DNA of 64,000 nt from Candidatus Saccharimonadota bacterium (GCA_022841445.1 JALHRM010000004.1:11429-75428), one strand, 5' to 3'. Counted from the first letter of the stretch, positions 1 through 9,824 are shown. The notes: generated by a model not told the origin, from the sequence alone. Program-made: numbers and translations.

Positions 1-129
1 CCGAGATGAGGGGAACAGTTTTGCGGCATCGCCAAATTGCAACAACTGACGTCGAGCTACTCTATCGACTTTTTGATGAGCACCGAGTACTCGACCAGAG
101 TATTTAGTAAGTGTCGTTCCCGAATACAT
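1..129 (-). CDS. partial CDS, N-terminal ~43 codons only (continues past left edge); function unknown
   Basis: The minus-strand frame is open from the ATG at 129-127 to position 1 (MYSGTTLTKYSGRVLGAHQKVDRVARRQLLQFGDAAKLFPSSR...). The same frame stays open back to the recG stop at 184-186. AGGAGG at 160-165 is 30 nt from this ATG, so the start is uncertain (TTG at 138 is possible). No family recognised. Confidence 0.3.
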   Translation of the reverse strand, partial: MYSGTTLTKYSGRVLGAHQKVDRVARRQLLQFGDAAKLFPSSR

Positions 130-183
130 AGCAAACAACGGCGACGTAAGCCCGCTGACCCTCCTCGAATTATCAAATTTTTG

Positions 184-2208
184 TTAGTTCAGATTTGTCA
201 CTGCTCGCAAAGCGCTAACTTTGGCAGCTAACTGCGGATATTGTAGCAGATTTTCACCTTGGTCAATAAATGCTTGTGCACTTGCCCGCGCAGCGGCAAT
301 AAGCTTAGTGTCGCTTAGTTTTGCAACCCGAAGGTCTAGTGCACCATGCTGATTAGTGCCATATATCGCCCCTGGCCCACGTAAGCGAAGATCCAGTTCC
401 GCCAACTTAAAACCATCGTGTGTTGTTTCAAGGGCTGAAAGACGTGTAGTAGCTACCTGACTACTGCTTGGCACCAGGAAACAGTGACTCTGATGCAATC
501 CTCGCCCGACTCTTCCCCGCAGCTGGTGAAGCTGTGCCAGTCCAAAACGCTCGGCAGCTTCAATGATCATGCAGGTGGCATTTGGCACATCGATGCCGAC
601 TTCGATAACAGTTGTGCACACCAACACATCGATCTTTCCCTGCTTAAAGTCCTTCATGACTGCTTCTTTTTGGTCGGATTTCATTTTTCCATGCACTAGC
701 CCTACCCGGCGCGATTTAAAGTGCCCGGACTTAAGCTTTTCGTACATTACCTCTGCCGACAATAATGAGCTGTCATCACCCTCGACAATCTGAGGGCAAA
801 CTACGTATACCTGACGACCAGCGTCAAGTTCGACTTCAGCTTGGCGGTATAGTGATTCCCTGGAATTCGGAGAATGTAATTTAGTGTTAATAGGCAACCG
901 GCCTTTAGGTAATTCATCAATGAGACTAATGTCGAGCTCACCGTACAGTGTCAACGCCAAACTACGCGGGATCGGTGTCGCCGAAAGGTGTAGAACGTGT
1001 GGCATATGACCGGCTTTGGCCTGCAGTTTTTTACGCTGCTCAACACCAAAACGGTGCTGCTCGTCGACAATAATGAAGCCCAGTTTTTTCATGACAACTT
1101 TTGTCTGAAACAACGCCTGTGTACCAACAATGAGACGCAAATCTCCGCTCGCTAAATTAGCGTAAATGTTTTGTCTTTGCTGACCTTTAACACTCCCCAC
1201 AAGCAGTTCTATTTCAGTATGCATGTCAACTGACTCAAAAATTTTTGTGAGCGATTCATAATGTTGCCTGGCCAGAATTTCGGTCGGTGCCATGAGTGCT
1301 ACTTGGAACCCTTTGCTCATCGCCATTAACGCTACTAGAGCAGCAACAACTGTCTTGCCGGAGCCGACATCACCCTCGACAAGTCGGTTCATCGGCTGCG
1401 TTTTCCCAATATCTGTCAATGCATCCCAAGCCACACGCCGCTGAGCATTAGTTAAGGCAAATGGTAGCTTTGCGACAAATTTCTGGGCAACTTTTTTATC
1501 AAATGGTATTGCTAGAGATTTTTCCGAGAGTAGTTCATGCTTATTTAATAGCGCTGCTAGACTAAGTCGAAATACTTCTTCAAAACCAAGACGTTTTTTG
1601 GCCTTTTCTAATGAAGCAGGCGAATCCGGAAAATGCATCTGAACAATGGCACTGCGATAATCTACTAGTTTATTGCTAGCCACAACCCACGCCGGCAAAT
1701 GCTCGTTAATCACTGGTAATTGGCCTAACGCCTGGTGCACTAATTTACGCAGTCCAGCAGAAGTAAGACCTTTTGTCTCACGGTATTTTGGCACAATCCG
1801 ATGGGCGTTGAGCGGAAAATCGGACACACGTTCAATTTGCGGATTCGTCATACTGAATCTTCCGCGGTTCAGCGCATATTCACCGACAACGTAATATGGC
1901 TGCTCATTTTGGATTGACGAAGCACGGTACGGTTGGTTAAACCATGTCACCCGAATGCTGCCGGTGTCATCGCTCGCTAGCGCTTCGGTTATATGCAATC
2001 CTCGTCGGACACGACGAGTAGCGATTGAAGAGAAGGTTACCCTCAAACAGGCTGCACCAGGTTTTAACTTCGAAATCTCAGTTACATTAGAGTAATCGTC
2101 ATAGCGACGAGGAAAATGTGTGATTAAATCCTCCACCGAATTAATGCCGAGCCGCTCAAGGCGAGCGGCCACAGATTCACCGACACCACTAAGTTCTCTA
2201 ATATTCAT
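184..2208 (-). CDS. recG: ATP-dependent DNA helicase RecG
   Basis: 674-aa ORF. SF2 helicase motifs GDVGSGKT (Walker A), IIVDEQHRFG (DEQH box) and QLHQLRGRVGRG (motif VI) follow an N-terminal wedge/OB region, which is the RecG architecture. Confidence 0.95.
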   Translation of the reverse strand: MNIRELSGVGESVAARLERLGINSVEDLITHFPRRYDDYSNVTEISKLKPGAACLRVTFSSIATRRVRRGLHITEALASDDTGSIRVTWFNQPYRASSIQNEQPYYVVGEYALNRGRFSMTNPQIERVSDFPLNAHRIVPKYRETKGLTSAGLRKLVHQALGQLPVINEHLPAWVVASNKLVDYRSAIVQMHFPDSPASLEKAKKRLGFEEVFRLSLAALLNKHELLSEKSLAIPFDKKVAQKFVAKLPFALTNAQRRVAWDALTDIGKTQPMNRLVEGDVGSGKTVVAALVALMAMSKGFQVALMAPTEILARQHYESLTKIFESVDMHTEIELLVGSVKGQQRQNIYANLASGDLRLIVGTQALFQTKVVMKKLGFIIVDEQHRFGVEQRKKLQAKAGHMPHVLHLSATPIPRSLALTLYGELDISLIDELPKGRLPINTKLHSPNSRESLYRQAEVELDAGRQVYVVCPQIVEGDDSSLLSAEVMYEKLKSGHFKSRRVGLVHGKMKSDQKEAVMKDFKQGKIDVLVCTTVIEVGIDVPNATCMIIEAAERFGLAQLHQLRGRVGRGLHQSHCFLVPSSSQVATTRLSALETTHDGFKLAELDLRLRGPGAIYGTNQHGALDLRVAKLSDTKLIAAARASAQAFIDQGENLLQYPQLAAKVSALRAVTNLN

Positions 2209-2214
2209 AGACTC

Positions 2215-2223
2215 AGTGTAGCA
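2215..2223 (-). promoter_or_regulatory. extended -10 (TGCTACACT) 6 nt upstream of recG ATG; leaderless-type promoter
   Basis: The minus strand reads TGCTACACT-gagtct-ATG(2208) with no SD in the spacer. Confidence 0.45.
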
Positions 2224-2232
2224 AGATGATAT

Positions 2233-3006
2233 CTAACGTTTTTTTAGACGCAACCAGATACTAGGCCCAAAATAGAGGGGCGCAAGTAGTGGCTGAAATA
2301 GCTTTTCAAGACTAAGCATAGTTGTTGGACTGAGCAGCCTCTTTAAACGAGTCGAACGTAGATTAGAGCCTGAAAGCACTGCCTCAAGCTCAAAACCGGC
2401 GTCATATATTTGCCGCAGTACCATTTTGGGATGATGATTAACAAATGGGATTTCGTTATCTGCCTTATTGGCATCGCTTCGAATGTCAACCGGTGTTTTC
2501 GGTACTACCTTGCCTTTCAATCCATACCTGATACGGTTGAGGCCATGGGCATTATTGGCAAATTCGAGCAGAAACGTACCGCCTGGTTTTAGCACACGGG
2601 CAATTTCGCTAAATTCCTGTCCTGGGTCTGGCAAGTGATGCAAAACCCGAACCATCAATACTAAGTCCACACTACCCGATTTCATCTTTAAGTCAGCTGC
2701 CTGTAGCTGACGCGCTTCGACGCGAGGTGCATCTTTTAGATAATCAGCGGCGATGTCTAGTTGCTGTTTGCTTGGTTCCGCCAAGATGACTTTTTCACTG
2801 AACGCGGTAATAAATTTACTGAGCCGCCCATACCCACCACCCACGTCAACAGCCATGTTGAATTGTCGGCCTTTTAAAAGTCGCATTATAGCTAGCTCTT
2901 CTGCGGCATGTTCGTATTCTCTCCCCACCCAGTACTGTTTGTAGTTGTGGGTTGGGTCATCATATTGATCTGCTTTACGGACGTGTTTTGCTGCTTGCTT
3001 TGACAT
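2233..3006 (-). CDS. class I SAM-dependent methyltransferase (substrate unknown)
   Basis: 257-aa ORF with Rossmann SAM motif I VDVGGGYGRL, followed by ILAEPS, DLVLMVRVLHH and LKPGGTFLLEF blocks. Confidence 0.8.
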   Translation of the reverse strand: MSKQAAKHVRKADQYDDPTHNYKQYWVGREYEHAAEELAIMRLLKGRQFNMAVDVGGGYGRLSKFITAFSEKVILAEPSKQQLDIAADYLKDAPRVEARQLQAADLKMKSGSVDLVLMVRVLHHLPDPGQEFSEIARVLKPGGTFLLEFANNAHGLNRIRYGLKGKVVPKTPVDIRSDANKADNEIPFVNHHPKMVLRQIYDAGFELEAVLSGSNLRSTRLKRLLSPTTMLSLEKLFQPLLAPLYFGPSIWLRLKKR

Positions 3007-3024
3007 AAAATTAAACCGATCTAT

Positions 3025-4272
3025 TTAGTTTACATGCACAATAATTTGAGCGTTCTTGCCTCTGCGGATAAGCACATATGAGCCAATAAGGTCGGCTTGC
3101 TCAAGAACTGTTTTTTCGCTGCTGAACTGTATGCCGTTGATATATACTGCCGAGCCTTCTAAAAAGCGTCGGGCTTCGCTTTTACTGCTAGCAAGCTTAC
3201 CTTTAACTAGAATATCAATAATGGGCGTTTCGCCCAGTTGAGCTTCAACTACCGGTAATTCTCCTTGTAGTACTGCAAAATCCTGTTCTTTCAAATCGCG
3301 ATAGTCGGCGCCACCAAATAGAGCATTGGTTACGTTGCTCACAGCATCAGCTACGGGTATTCCGTGAACGATGGCGGTTACCTCATAGGCCAGCTTTTTT
3401 TGTGCAATTCGAGAAGAACGTTGCTCATTAAATTCAGAACCTACTGTCTCGATTTCTTCCTTTGTAAGGAGCGTATATATCTTTAAGAAATCAATTACTG
3501 CGTCGTCATCGACATTTAACCAAAACTGATAGAACTGGTAGGGTGAGGTGCGATTAGGATCTAGCCAAATGGCACCGGCCTCGCTTTTACCGAACTTGCG
3601 CCCAGTCGTGTTATCAATTACTAATGGCATCGACATGGCATGTACTTCGGCATTTTCTTTTTTACGTATCAGCGGCACCCCAGAAAGCATGTTGCCCCAT
3701 TGGTCGGATCCGCCGATTTGTAGCTCCACCTGGTGATTCTTGTTTAGATACCAGTAGTCATACCCCTGCATCAGCGTGTAGCTGAATTCCGCAAAACTCA
3801 TGCCGCTGCCACCTTCGCCAGTCCGCTCTACTACAAAGTCACGCTGCATAAGTTCTGTCATACTGAAATGTTTGCCAACTTCTCTTAAAAATTCGATAAA
3901 GCCAAGCGGCTCCAGCCAGTCTATGTTATTAACGGTTTGAAATGGCTTTCCATCGAACAGTTGTTCCACTTGTCGTTTTATGGCTACTGCATTGTTATCT
4001 ATTTCGCTGCGCGACTTTAATTCACGCTCTTCCGTTTTGCCACCTGGGTCTCCAACCAAACTAGTAGCACCTCCGATGAGCAGTACGCCGCTCCAGCCTG
4101 CTTCAACCATGCGCCGTGCCAGTAACATTGCAGCCAAATTACCGATGGTAAGACTATCGGCCGAGCAATCTACACCGTGATAAAACCATCTCGGTGTATC
4201 TAGCCAAGTGGCATCTTGAAACGTTGTGTCTTTTATCAATCCTCGCCAGGCGAGATCTTCTGAAAGCATCAT
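3025..4272 (-). CDS. tyrS: tyrosine--tRNA ligase
   Basis: Class Ic aaRS features: KFGKSE (KMSKS loop), GGSDQWGN block and a C-terminal S4-like RNA-binding domain. The ORF track starts at GTG 4278. ATG 4272 lies 8 nt downstream of a TATACT box and gives the typical N-terminus MMLSEDLAWRGLI, so I prefer 4272. Confidence 0.92.
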   Translation of the reverse strand: MMLSEDLAWRGLIKDTTFQDATWLDTPRWFYHGVDCSADSLTIGNLAAMLLARRMVEAGWSGVLLIGGATSLVGDPGGKTEERELKSRSEIDNNAVAIKRQVEQLFDGKPFQTVNNIDWLEPLGFIEFLREVGKHFSMTELMQRDFVVERTGEGGSGMSFAEFSYTLMQGYDYWYLNKNHQVELQIGGSDQWGNMLSGVPLIRKKENAEVHAMSMPLVIDNTTGRKFGKSEAGAIWLDPNRTSPYQFYQFWLNVDDDAVIDFLKIYTLLTKEEIETVGSEFNEQRSSRIAQKKLAYEVTAIVHGIPVADAVSNVTNALFGGADYRDLKEQDFAVLQGELPVVEAQLGETPIIDILVKGKLASSKSEARRFLEGSAVYINGIQFSSEKTVLEQADLIGSYVLIRRGKNAQIIVHVN

Positions 4273-4280
4273 TACCACTC

Positions 4281-4286
4281 AGTATA
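4281..4286 (-). promoter_or_regulatory. -10 box TATACT 8 nt upstream of tyrS ATG 4272
   Basis: The minus strand reads TATACT-gagtggta-ATGATG with no SD. Confidence 0.4.
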
Positions 4287-4371
4287 TCTGAAGCCAGTGT
4301 TGGCTTCCAAGCTTTGACTCAGCTTTGCGCTTATATAATTAATGATTATGGTCTTTACTGCCCAACAAATT

Positions 4372-4380
4372 TGCTATAAT
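4372..4380 (+). promoter_or_regulatory. extended -10 (TGCTATAAT) for the PBP gene, followed by a conventional SD leader
   Basis: TGCTATAAT at 4372-4380, AAGGAG at 4393-4398 and ATG at 4413. Confidence 0.45.
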
Positions 4381-4412
4381 GATGCCTGAACAAAGGAGTA
4401 CGACGTAACCCC

Positions 4413-7400
4413 ATGAACCCGAAAAAAAGCGGTACCAACCGACCACGCCGCTCAACCAGTAAATTTATCACTACCAAAAGCGGTAAAGAGATAAAAATTC
4501 GTCGATCGATAAGCGAAAAATTTCGTGAGCGATCTGACGAAAAGGCCCGACGAAAGGCAGAACGACTGCGAGGACTACCTAAGTCCCGGTTCAAGCGGAT
4601 ACTGTGGCGACTACACCCTAAGCGTCAATTTGCTTACTGGTTCAGTAAGGACGGCGGCATCATGGCGCTTAAACTTACCGGTCTGGGCATCGTCACCATA
4701 TTCGTCGTATTAATAGCCGTGTTTGCGTACTTCCGTAAAGACTTGCCTAATCTTAAAGACATTTCTGGCAGTAATATAGGCGGCAGTATCCGGTATTTTG
4801 ATAAAACCGGACAAGTGCTTTTGTGGGAAGATTACGGTGCTGTAAAGCGTATTCCGATAGAATCCAAAGACATTCCGCAGAATATTAAGGATGCCACCGT
4901 TGCAATTGAAGACCGAGACTTTTACAGTCACCGGGGTTTTGATACACGTGGTATTGTGCGTGCTGGATTCAACAACGTCTTTGGCACAACGGGCACCACT
5001 CAAGGCGGCTCCACAATTACTCAGCAATTAGTGCGCTTAACTCAAGAAGGTGTCGGCTACGAACAAACATACAAGCGAAAAATAAAGGAACTGGTTTTAG
5101 CGGTCGAGCTAGAGCGTACGTACAACAAAGATGTTATCCTGACCGGCTATCTCAATGTGGCGCCGTACGGGGGTATTGAGTATGGCGTAGAGGCTGCGGC
5201 ACAAAACTACTTCAACAAGTCCGCTAAGGACTTGACGCTTGACGAGGCTGCCATGCTTGCCACTATTCCAAAATCACCAACCATATATTCGCCATATAGT
5301 GAATCTGATTTTGACCGTGAGGCTTTTATTTCTAGGCAACATTACATTATCGATGTAATGGCAGAAACGGGCAAAATTACTAAAGCCCAGGCCGAAGAAG
5401 CCAAAAAGGTCGACACTGTTGCCAAAGTTAAGCCACGAACAGCAAAATACACCAACATTAAAGCTCCGTACTTCGTTCTAGCCGCCAAAGACCAATTGCT
5501 TAAAAAATATGTGCCTACCGGCGAACGCGGCTCTGCCAAAATCGGTGGATGGAAAGTCACTACGTCGCTAGACCTAACCCTGCAAGGCTACGCTGAAGAA
5601 TCAGTATCAAAAGGTATAGCGCAAGTAAAGCGCCAGCGCGGCGATACAGCAGCTTTCGTTGCCTCGGATGTCCGCACCGGTCATATTGTTGCTCTGGTTG
5701 GCGGACCGGACTTTAACGATAAGGCGCGCGCTGGCGAGGTGAATTTTGCCACACGACCACTGCCACCCGGTTCGAGCGTAAAGCCGTATGATTACGCTGC
5801 TCTTATCGAGAATACTACGACATTTGGCGCCGGGTCGGTACTTTATGACACGCAGGGGCCTTTGGAGGGCTACCCTTGTACCAATAAAGCACGACCTAAG
5901 CAGGGTGGTAATTGTCTGCATGATTATGACTTTCGGTATCCCGGCCCCGTGACGCTACGCTATGCACTTGGTGGTTCTCGAAACGTCCCAGCCGTAAAAG
6001 CGATGTTGATTGCCGGCATTGATAAAACTATCAATACTGCTGAAAAGTTAGGTCTTGCCAGTGGGTATAAATGTTATGAACCTGGCAAACCGGTCGGTGT
6101 TAAGGAGAATGAGACGCAGTGTTACTCAAGCTCAGCAATCGGTGATGGTGCCTACTTGCGCCTTGATGAGCATGTCAACGCTTTTGCCAGTTTTAGCCGC
6201 AACGGTGTTAAGCTTCCACAGACATATATACTAAAAATTGAAAACGCTAGCGGTAAAACCATAGATGAGTGGAAGCAACCACAAGGCGAGCAAGCTGTTC
6301 GACCGGAAACTGGCTACATAATTTCGGACATGATGTCCGACCCCAATGCTAGCTACTTTAGCGTCAAGCCACATCGCTATAAAAACCATAAATTCAGCTT
6401 AAAAACTGGTACCACTAATGACGCTAAGGACGGATTATTGATGGGTTATTCGACCTATTACTCCGCAGGAGTCTGGGTTGGCCATCATACTGGCAATGTA
6501 GAAATGACCGGCTTCATGGAAACAATGACTGAGCCGATTTGGAATGGTTGGATGAAAAAGGCGCACGACAGCTTACCGCCGCTCGAACGCCAAAAACCTA
6601 CAGGTGTGCAGACCTTGCCAGCATATGTTATACGCACTCATGTCGGTGTTGGATCCAGAGAACCTAGCCCAGCCACAGACCTGTACCCATCCTGGTATAA
6701 ACCAAAAACTGCTAGCAACAAAAAGCGCACCATAGACCGAGTGAGTAACAAACTTGCCACCAACTGTACACCTCCAAAAGCTAAGCAAGAGATTAATGAT
6801 GCTGCTGCAGATGCGTTCAGCGGAGATACATTTGTCGGTGCCGGTCGGAATGCTAACACCAATGAAAATGACGATGTTCATAAATGTGAAGACGCTAAAC
6901 CGAGCGTAAATCTAACTGTTCTTAACATCGGCGGCGGACAGTACCGCATTCAAGCAGTTGCCTCAGCAGGGACTCATCCGCTCAGTAGCGCCCAGTTCCC
7001 AGGCACGATAACCTTTACTATTGATGGACAAGCTATACCTAATTGTGCGAATGGCTGTTCGGCGCAAGTAGGCGGAGATGGATCAGTCTCGCTTGACTTT
7101 ACCTCTACCTTTAGCGGCAACAAAGATGTTACCGCCATTGTGTCCGACAGCGTACTTTACGAAGCAAGCAATAGTATTACTGTGAATCTTTCCACACCAG
7201 ACGATTCATCACTACAGCTTGACGTTTCTAATGCTCCAGGGCCAAACAACTACCGTTTTACGTGGTCATCATTTGCTGGTGCGTCGTCCTATGAGCTTTG
7301 TATATCGGCAAATGGCGGTGGGTTTAGCTGTACGGCGGCCGTGTCAGGTACCGACAGAACCGTACTAGGCGCAAATCGTAAGGCCTATGTAAAATCAAAT

Positions 7401-7433
7401 AACGGCGGCCAATCCAGCACCGAAGACTTTTAG
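4413..7433 (+). CDS. class A penicillin-binding protein (bifunctional glycosyltransferase/transpeptidase, PBP1A-type) with long terminal extensions
   Basis: 1006-aa ORF. GT51 motifs EDRDFYSHRGFD and GGSTITQQL; transpeptidase SxxK (GSSVKP), SRN (GGSRNVP) and KTGT (LKTGTTND). The N-terminus is an arginine/lysine-rich ~85-aa tail followed by a TM helix. The C-terminal ~250 aa look like beta-rich Ig/Fn3-type modules. AAGGAG SD at 4393-4398. Confidence 0.9.
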   Translation: MNPKKSGTNRPRRSTSKFITTKSGKEIKIRRSISEKFRERSDEKARRKAERLRGLPKSRFKRILWRLHPKRQFAYWFSKDGGIMALKLTGLGIVTIFVVLIAVFAYFRKDLPNLKDISGSNIGGSIRYFDKTGQVLLWEDYGAVKRIPIESKDIPQNIKDATVAIEDRDFYSHRGFDTRGIVRAGFNNVFGTTGTTQGGSTITQQLVRLTQEGVGYEQTYKRKIKELVLAVELERTYNKDVILTGYLNVAPYGGIEYGVEAAAQNYFNKSAKDLTLDEAAMLATIPKSPTIYSPYSESDFDREAFISRQHYIIDVMAETGKITKAQAEEAKKVDTVAKVKPRTAKYTNIKAPYFVLAAKDQLLKKYVPTGERGSAKIGGWKVTTSLDLTLQGYAEESVSKGIAQVKRQRGDTAAFVASDVRTGHIVALVGGPDFNDKARAGEVNFATRPLPPGSSVKPYDYAALIENTTTFGAGSVLYDTQGPLEGYPCTNKARPKQGGNCLHDYDFRYPGPVTLRYALGGSRNVPAVKAMLIAGIDKTINTAEKLGLASGYKCYEPGKPVGVKENETQCYSSSAIGDGAYLRLDEHVNAFASFSRNGVKLPQTYILKIENASGKTIDEWKQPQGEQAVRPETGYIISDMMSDPNASYFSVKPHRYKNHKFSLKTGTTNDAKDGLLMGYSTYYSAGVWVGHHTGNVEMTGFMETMTEPIWNGWMKKAHDSLPPLERQKPTGVQTLPAYVIRTHVGVGSREPSPATDLYPSWYKPKTASNKKRTIDRVSNKLATNCTPPKAKQEINDAAADAFSGDTFVGAGRNANTNENDDVHKCEDAKPSVNLTVLNIGGGQYRIQAVASAGTHPLSSAQFPGTITFTIDGQAIPNCANGCSAQVGGDGSVSLDFTSTFSGNKDVTAIVSDSVLYEASNSITVNLSTPDDSSLQLDVSNAPGPNNYRFTWSSFAGASSYELCISANGGGFSCTAAVSGTDRTVLGANRKAYVKSNNGGQSSTEDF

Positions 7434-7461
7434 TAATTCAGTTTTGACTACACACAAGCGA

Positions 7462-8802
7462 CTACTTCTTTTGTAGGTAGGTATTCAATGCGTCTTTAAC
7501 TGTCTTGATCGGCATTAGTCCAGTAAGCTGCTTGCGCTGGTACGGCGGCCCAATTGCCCCATCCAGTCCGAGTTTCTTTGCTTCAGCAAGGCGCTTTTCA
7601 ATATGAACCACGTGTCGAACTTCGCCGGAGAGTCCAATCTCGCCAAACACAGCAGCATTTGTATTCAGTTGCATGCCTTTTGCCGCACTGCCAATTGCCA
7701 AACATACGGCCAGGTCAGCAGCAGGATCCGAAAGTCGCATACCACCCACAATATTGAGGTACACATCGTAGTCGGATAGTGCTAGTTTAGTTCGTCGCTC
7801 AAGCACCGCAATAAGCAAATTCATTCGATTAACATCAAATCCGCTTGATGCACGTTTCGGGTATCCATAACTCGTCTTATTAACTAGGGCCTGGATCTCG
7901 ACGAGTAGCGCTCTGCTGCCTTCGACAGTGGCAAGTACTACCGATCCATCTGTAACCTGCCGCTCTGCCAAAAGTGCTTCTGACGGATTTTCAATCGGTT
8001 TCAACCCGCTACTATCCATTTCCAGAATTACTGCTTCGTCAGTAGGTCCATAGCGATTTTTAACCGCCCGAAGTACCTTGAAGCCGCCGTAACGGTCACC
8101 ATCAAGCTGCATCACTACGTCTACGAGATGTTCAAGCAGTTTTGGACCGGCTATCGTACCCTCTTTTGTGACATGCCCGACGATAATTAGCGTTGTGTTG
8201 CTGCGCTTGGCTGCCGCGCTTAATAGACGGGTGCTGTTGGTCACCTGAGCGGTACTGCCACTGGCCGAGAGCACACTATCCACCGAAACTGTCTGTATCG
8301 AATCGACGATAACAACGCCATACTCACCGGAGACGATACTGGCTGCAATATCATCACTGCTTGTTGAGGAAGCTAGTTTTAGCTTTGGCTGCATCGTACC
8401 AAGACGAGTACCTCGCAGTCCGACTTGACGGGCTGATTCTTCAGCGCTTACGTACAGCACGCTGTGCTGTTTTGCCGCGCCGCTTGCGATTTGTAGCAGT
8501 AGTGTACTTTTACCTATTCCAGGCTCACCAGCCAGTAGCACAACACTTCCAGCTACCAGCCCTCCACCAAGCAGCGTATCGATATTTGTGCTGTCTGTAG
8601 TAAGACGTGCCTCGTCCTTAGCTGTAGCGTCACGAAAATCTGTGACTACTAGCTTCTTGCCGTTGCCTCCTGGCTGGTCATTGAGCTGGATTTGCTCCTG
8701 CAGACTATTCCATGCGCCACAAACACTGCACTTCCCCGACCATTTAATGTGTGCCGATCCACACTCGGAACATACGAAACTAGTACTGGTCTTTTTTCCC
8801 AT
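7462..8802 (-). CDS. radA: DNA repair protein RadA (Sms)
   Basis: N-terminal C4 zinc finger (CSECG...CSVCG), Walker A GEPGIGKST, RadA-specific KNRYG motif and a Lon-protease-like C-terminal domain. Confidence 0.95.
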   Translation of the reverse strand: MGKKTSTSFVCSECGSAHIKWSGKCSVCGAWNSLQEQIQLNDQPGGNGKKLVVTDFRDATAKDEARLTTDSTNIDTLLGGGLVAGSVVLLAGEPGIGKSTLLLQIASGAAKQHSVLYVSAEESARQVGLRGTRLGTMQPKLKLASSTSSDDIAASIVSGEYGVVIVDSIQTVSVDSVLSASGSTAQVTNSTRLLSAAAKRSNTTLIIVGHVTKEGTIAGPKLLEHLVDVVMQLDGDRYGGFKVLRAVKNRYGPTDEAVILEMDSSGLKPIENPSEALLAERQVTDGSVVLATVEGSRALLVEIQALVNKTSYGYPKRASSGFDVNRMNLLIAVLERRTKLALSDYDVYLNIVGGMRLSDPAADLAVCLAIGSAAKGMQLNTNAAVFGEIGLSGEVRHVVHIEKRLAEAKKLGLDGAIGPPYQRKQLTGLMPIKTVKDALNTYLQKK

Positions 8803-8810
8803 AGACTTTT

Positions 8811-8816
8811 ATAGTA
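8811..8816 (-). promoter_or_regulatory. -10-like TACTAT 8 nt upstream of radA ATG
   Basis: The minus strand reads TACTAT-aaaagtct-ATG(8802). Confidence 0.35.
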
Positions 8817-8845
8817 CCGCAGCCTGGCTGTTTTTGAGAGGTGAA

Positions 8846-9817
8846 TTACCGAATTTCTTGCGGCTCAGCCCTGGTATCAATCGCATCAGTTAAGTCTCGT
8901 ATTTCCTTGGCAAGTTCATTACGCTCTATTACAAGCTGATTATACTGTGTAATTTGAGCTTGAACGCCCCGTACCAGCTGATTGTAACTGCTTACATTCG
9001 CGTTAAACCCAGGTACGGATGCATTATATTGATCGCGCTGACCGCTTGATAATAAATTTTCGAGTTCAGTTCGTGATGCTTTTAAGTCTTTAAGTTGTTC
9101 GTTGAGTAGTTTTTCTGATGACTCAATACTTGCTTTCAATGTTGCCAACTGTGTGTCATAGGCATCAACGCGGTTCTTTCGCTTCGTAAATTCAGCTTCA
9201 TATTGTTTCGACAATGCAACCACACGCGCGCGATCGGTAAAGTATTTCTGATAGTATGTTTCAAGTTCTGCCGGAAGATCCTTCACCTCAGTTGCCAGGA
9301 TAGAATGAAGTTCGTTAGGAACGATAGTTGGGTCTTTGCGACGATATTGCTCAATGGTGCTTTTGATACGTTCATCATCCAGAGCAGCAAACGCTTGTGC
9401 CGTTAGTGTGTTTACTCGTTGCCGCTCAGAGCCACTAAGCCGATCATAGCCGGCATGAAGCATTTCATGTGCGGCAGTCACTTCTTGAATTCCATCCAAA
9501 CGCACATCATTTACATCATAAATGAATATTCCGGTGTTGGTGCGATAGCAGCCAAGAACAATCGAAGCTTCACTGTCGGTGCAATGTACTCGAAAAGCCG
9601 CTAGATTGTCAACCTTTGGATGATTGACATAAAATAGCTTACGACCAAATGCATTCATTGATGTATTGGTGGCGAGATTTGCAACTTCCTGTGTGGGAAC
9701 ATACCCCCGAAGACGCCACCAGTCAAAAATGTCTTGTCGCTTGATGAGCGCAATCAGCGGTAGCGACAAAATTGCTACGACAACAAGTATCCCGACCAGT
9801 TTACGGGTGCGATGCAT
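8846..9817 (-). CDS. membrane-anchored HExxH protein with C-terminal coiled coil (putative zinc-metallopeptidase-like); function unknown
   Basis: 323-aa ORF with an N-terminal TM helix (LVGILVVVAILSLPLIALI), a globular region containing AAHEMLHAGY, and ~130 aa of heptad-like Q/E/L/K-rich sequence. The family is not recognised. Confidence 0.55.
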   Translation of the reverse strand: MHRTRKLVGILVVVAILSLPLIALIKRQDIFDWWRLRGYVPTQEVANLATNTSMNAFGRKLFYVNHPKVDNLAAFRVHCTDSEASIVLGCYRTNTGIFIYDVNDVRLDGIQEVTAAHEMLHAGYDRLSGSERQRVNTLTAQAFAALDDERIKSTIEQYRRKDPTIVPNELHSILATEVKDLPAELETYYQKYFTDRARVVALSKQYEAEFTKRKNRVDAYDTQLATLKASIESSEKLLNEQLKDLKASRTELENLLSSGQRDQYNASVPGFNANVSSYNQLVRGVQAQITQYNQLVIERNELAKEIRDLTDAIDTRAEPQEIR

Positions 9818-9824
9818 AAGGACA

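Noticed and set aside
37-231. 64-aa plus-strand ORF at the left edge
   Set aside because: It is antisense to the recG 3' end and to the partial minus-strand ORF. Its composition is implausible (R/K/S-rich) and it has no promoter or SD. I treat it as spurious.
4279-4412. Possible T-box riboswitch leaders upstream of tyrS and pheS (55099-55145)
   Set aside because: The gaps are 134 nt (shared with the divergent PBP promoter) and 47 nt, which is far too short for a ~200-300-nt T-box. No T-box or specifier-like sequence was seen, and the -10 boxes sit within 8-10 nt of the start codons.
8820-8835. CAGCC-t-GGCTG hairpin followed by TTTTT between radA and the HExxH gene
   Set aside because: The T tract is on the plus strand while both flanking genes are on the minus strand. 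The effective stem is only 4-5 bp with a tiny loop. It is not a functional terminator for either gene.
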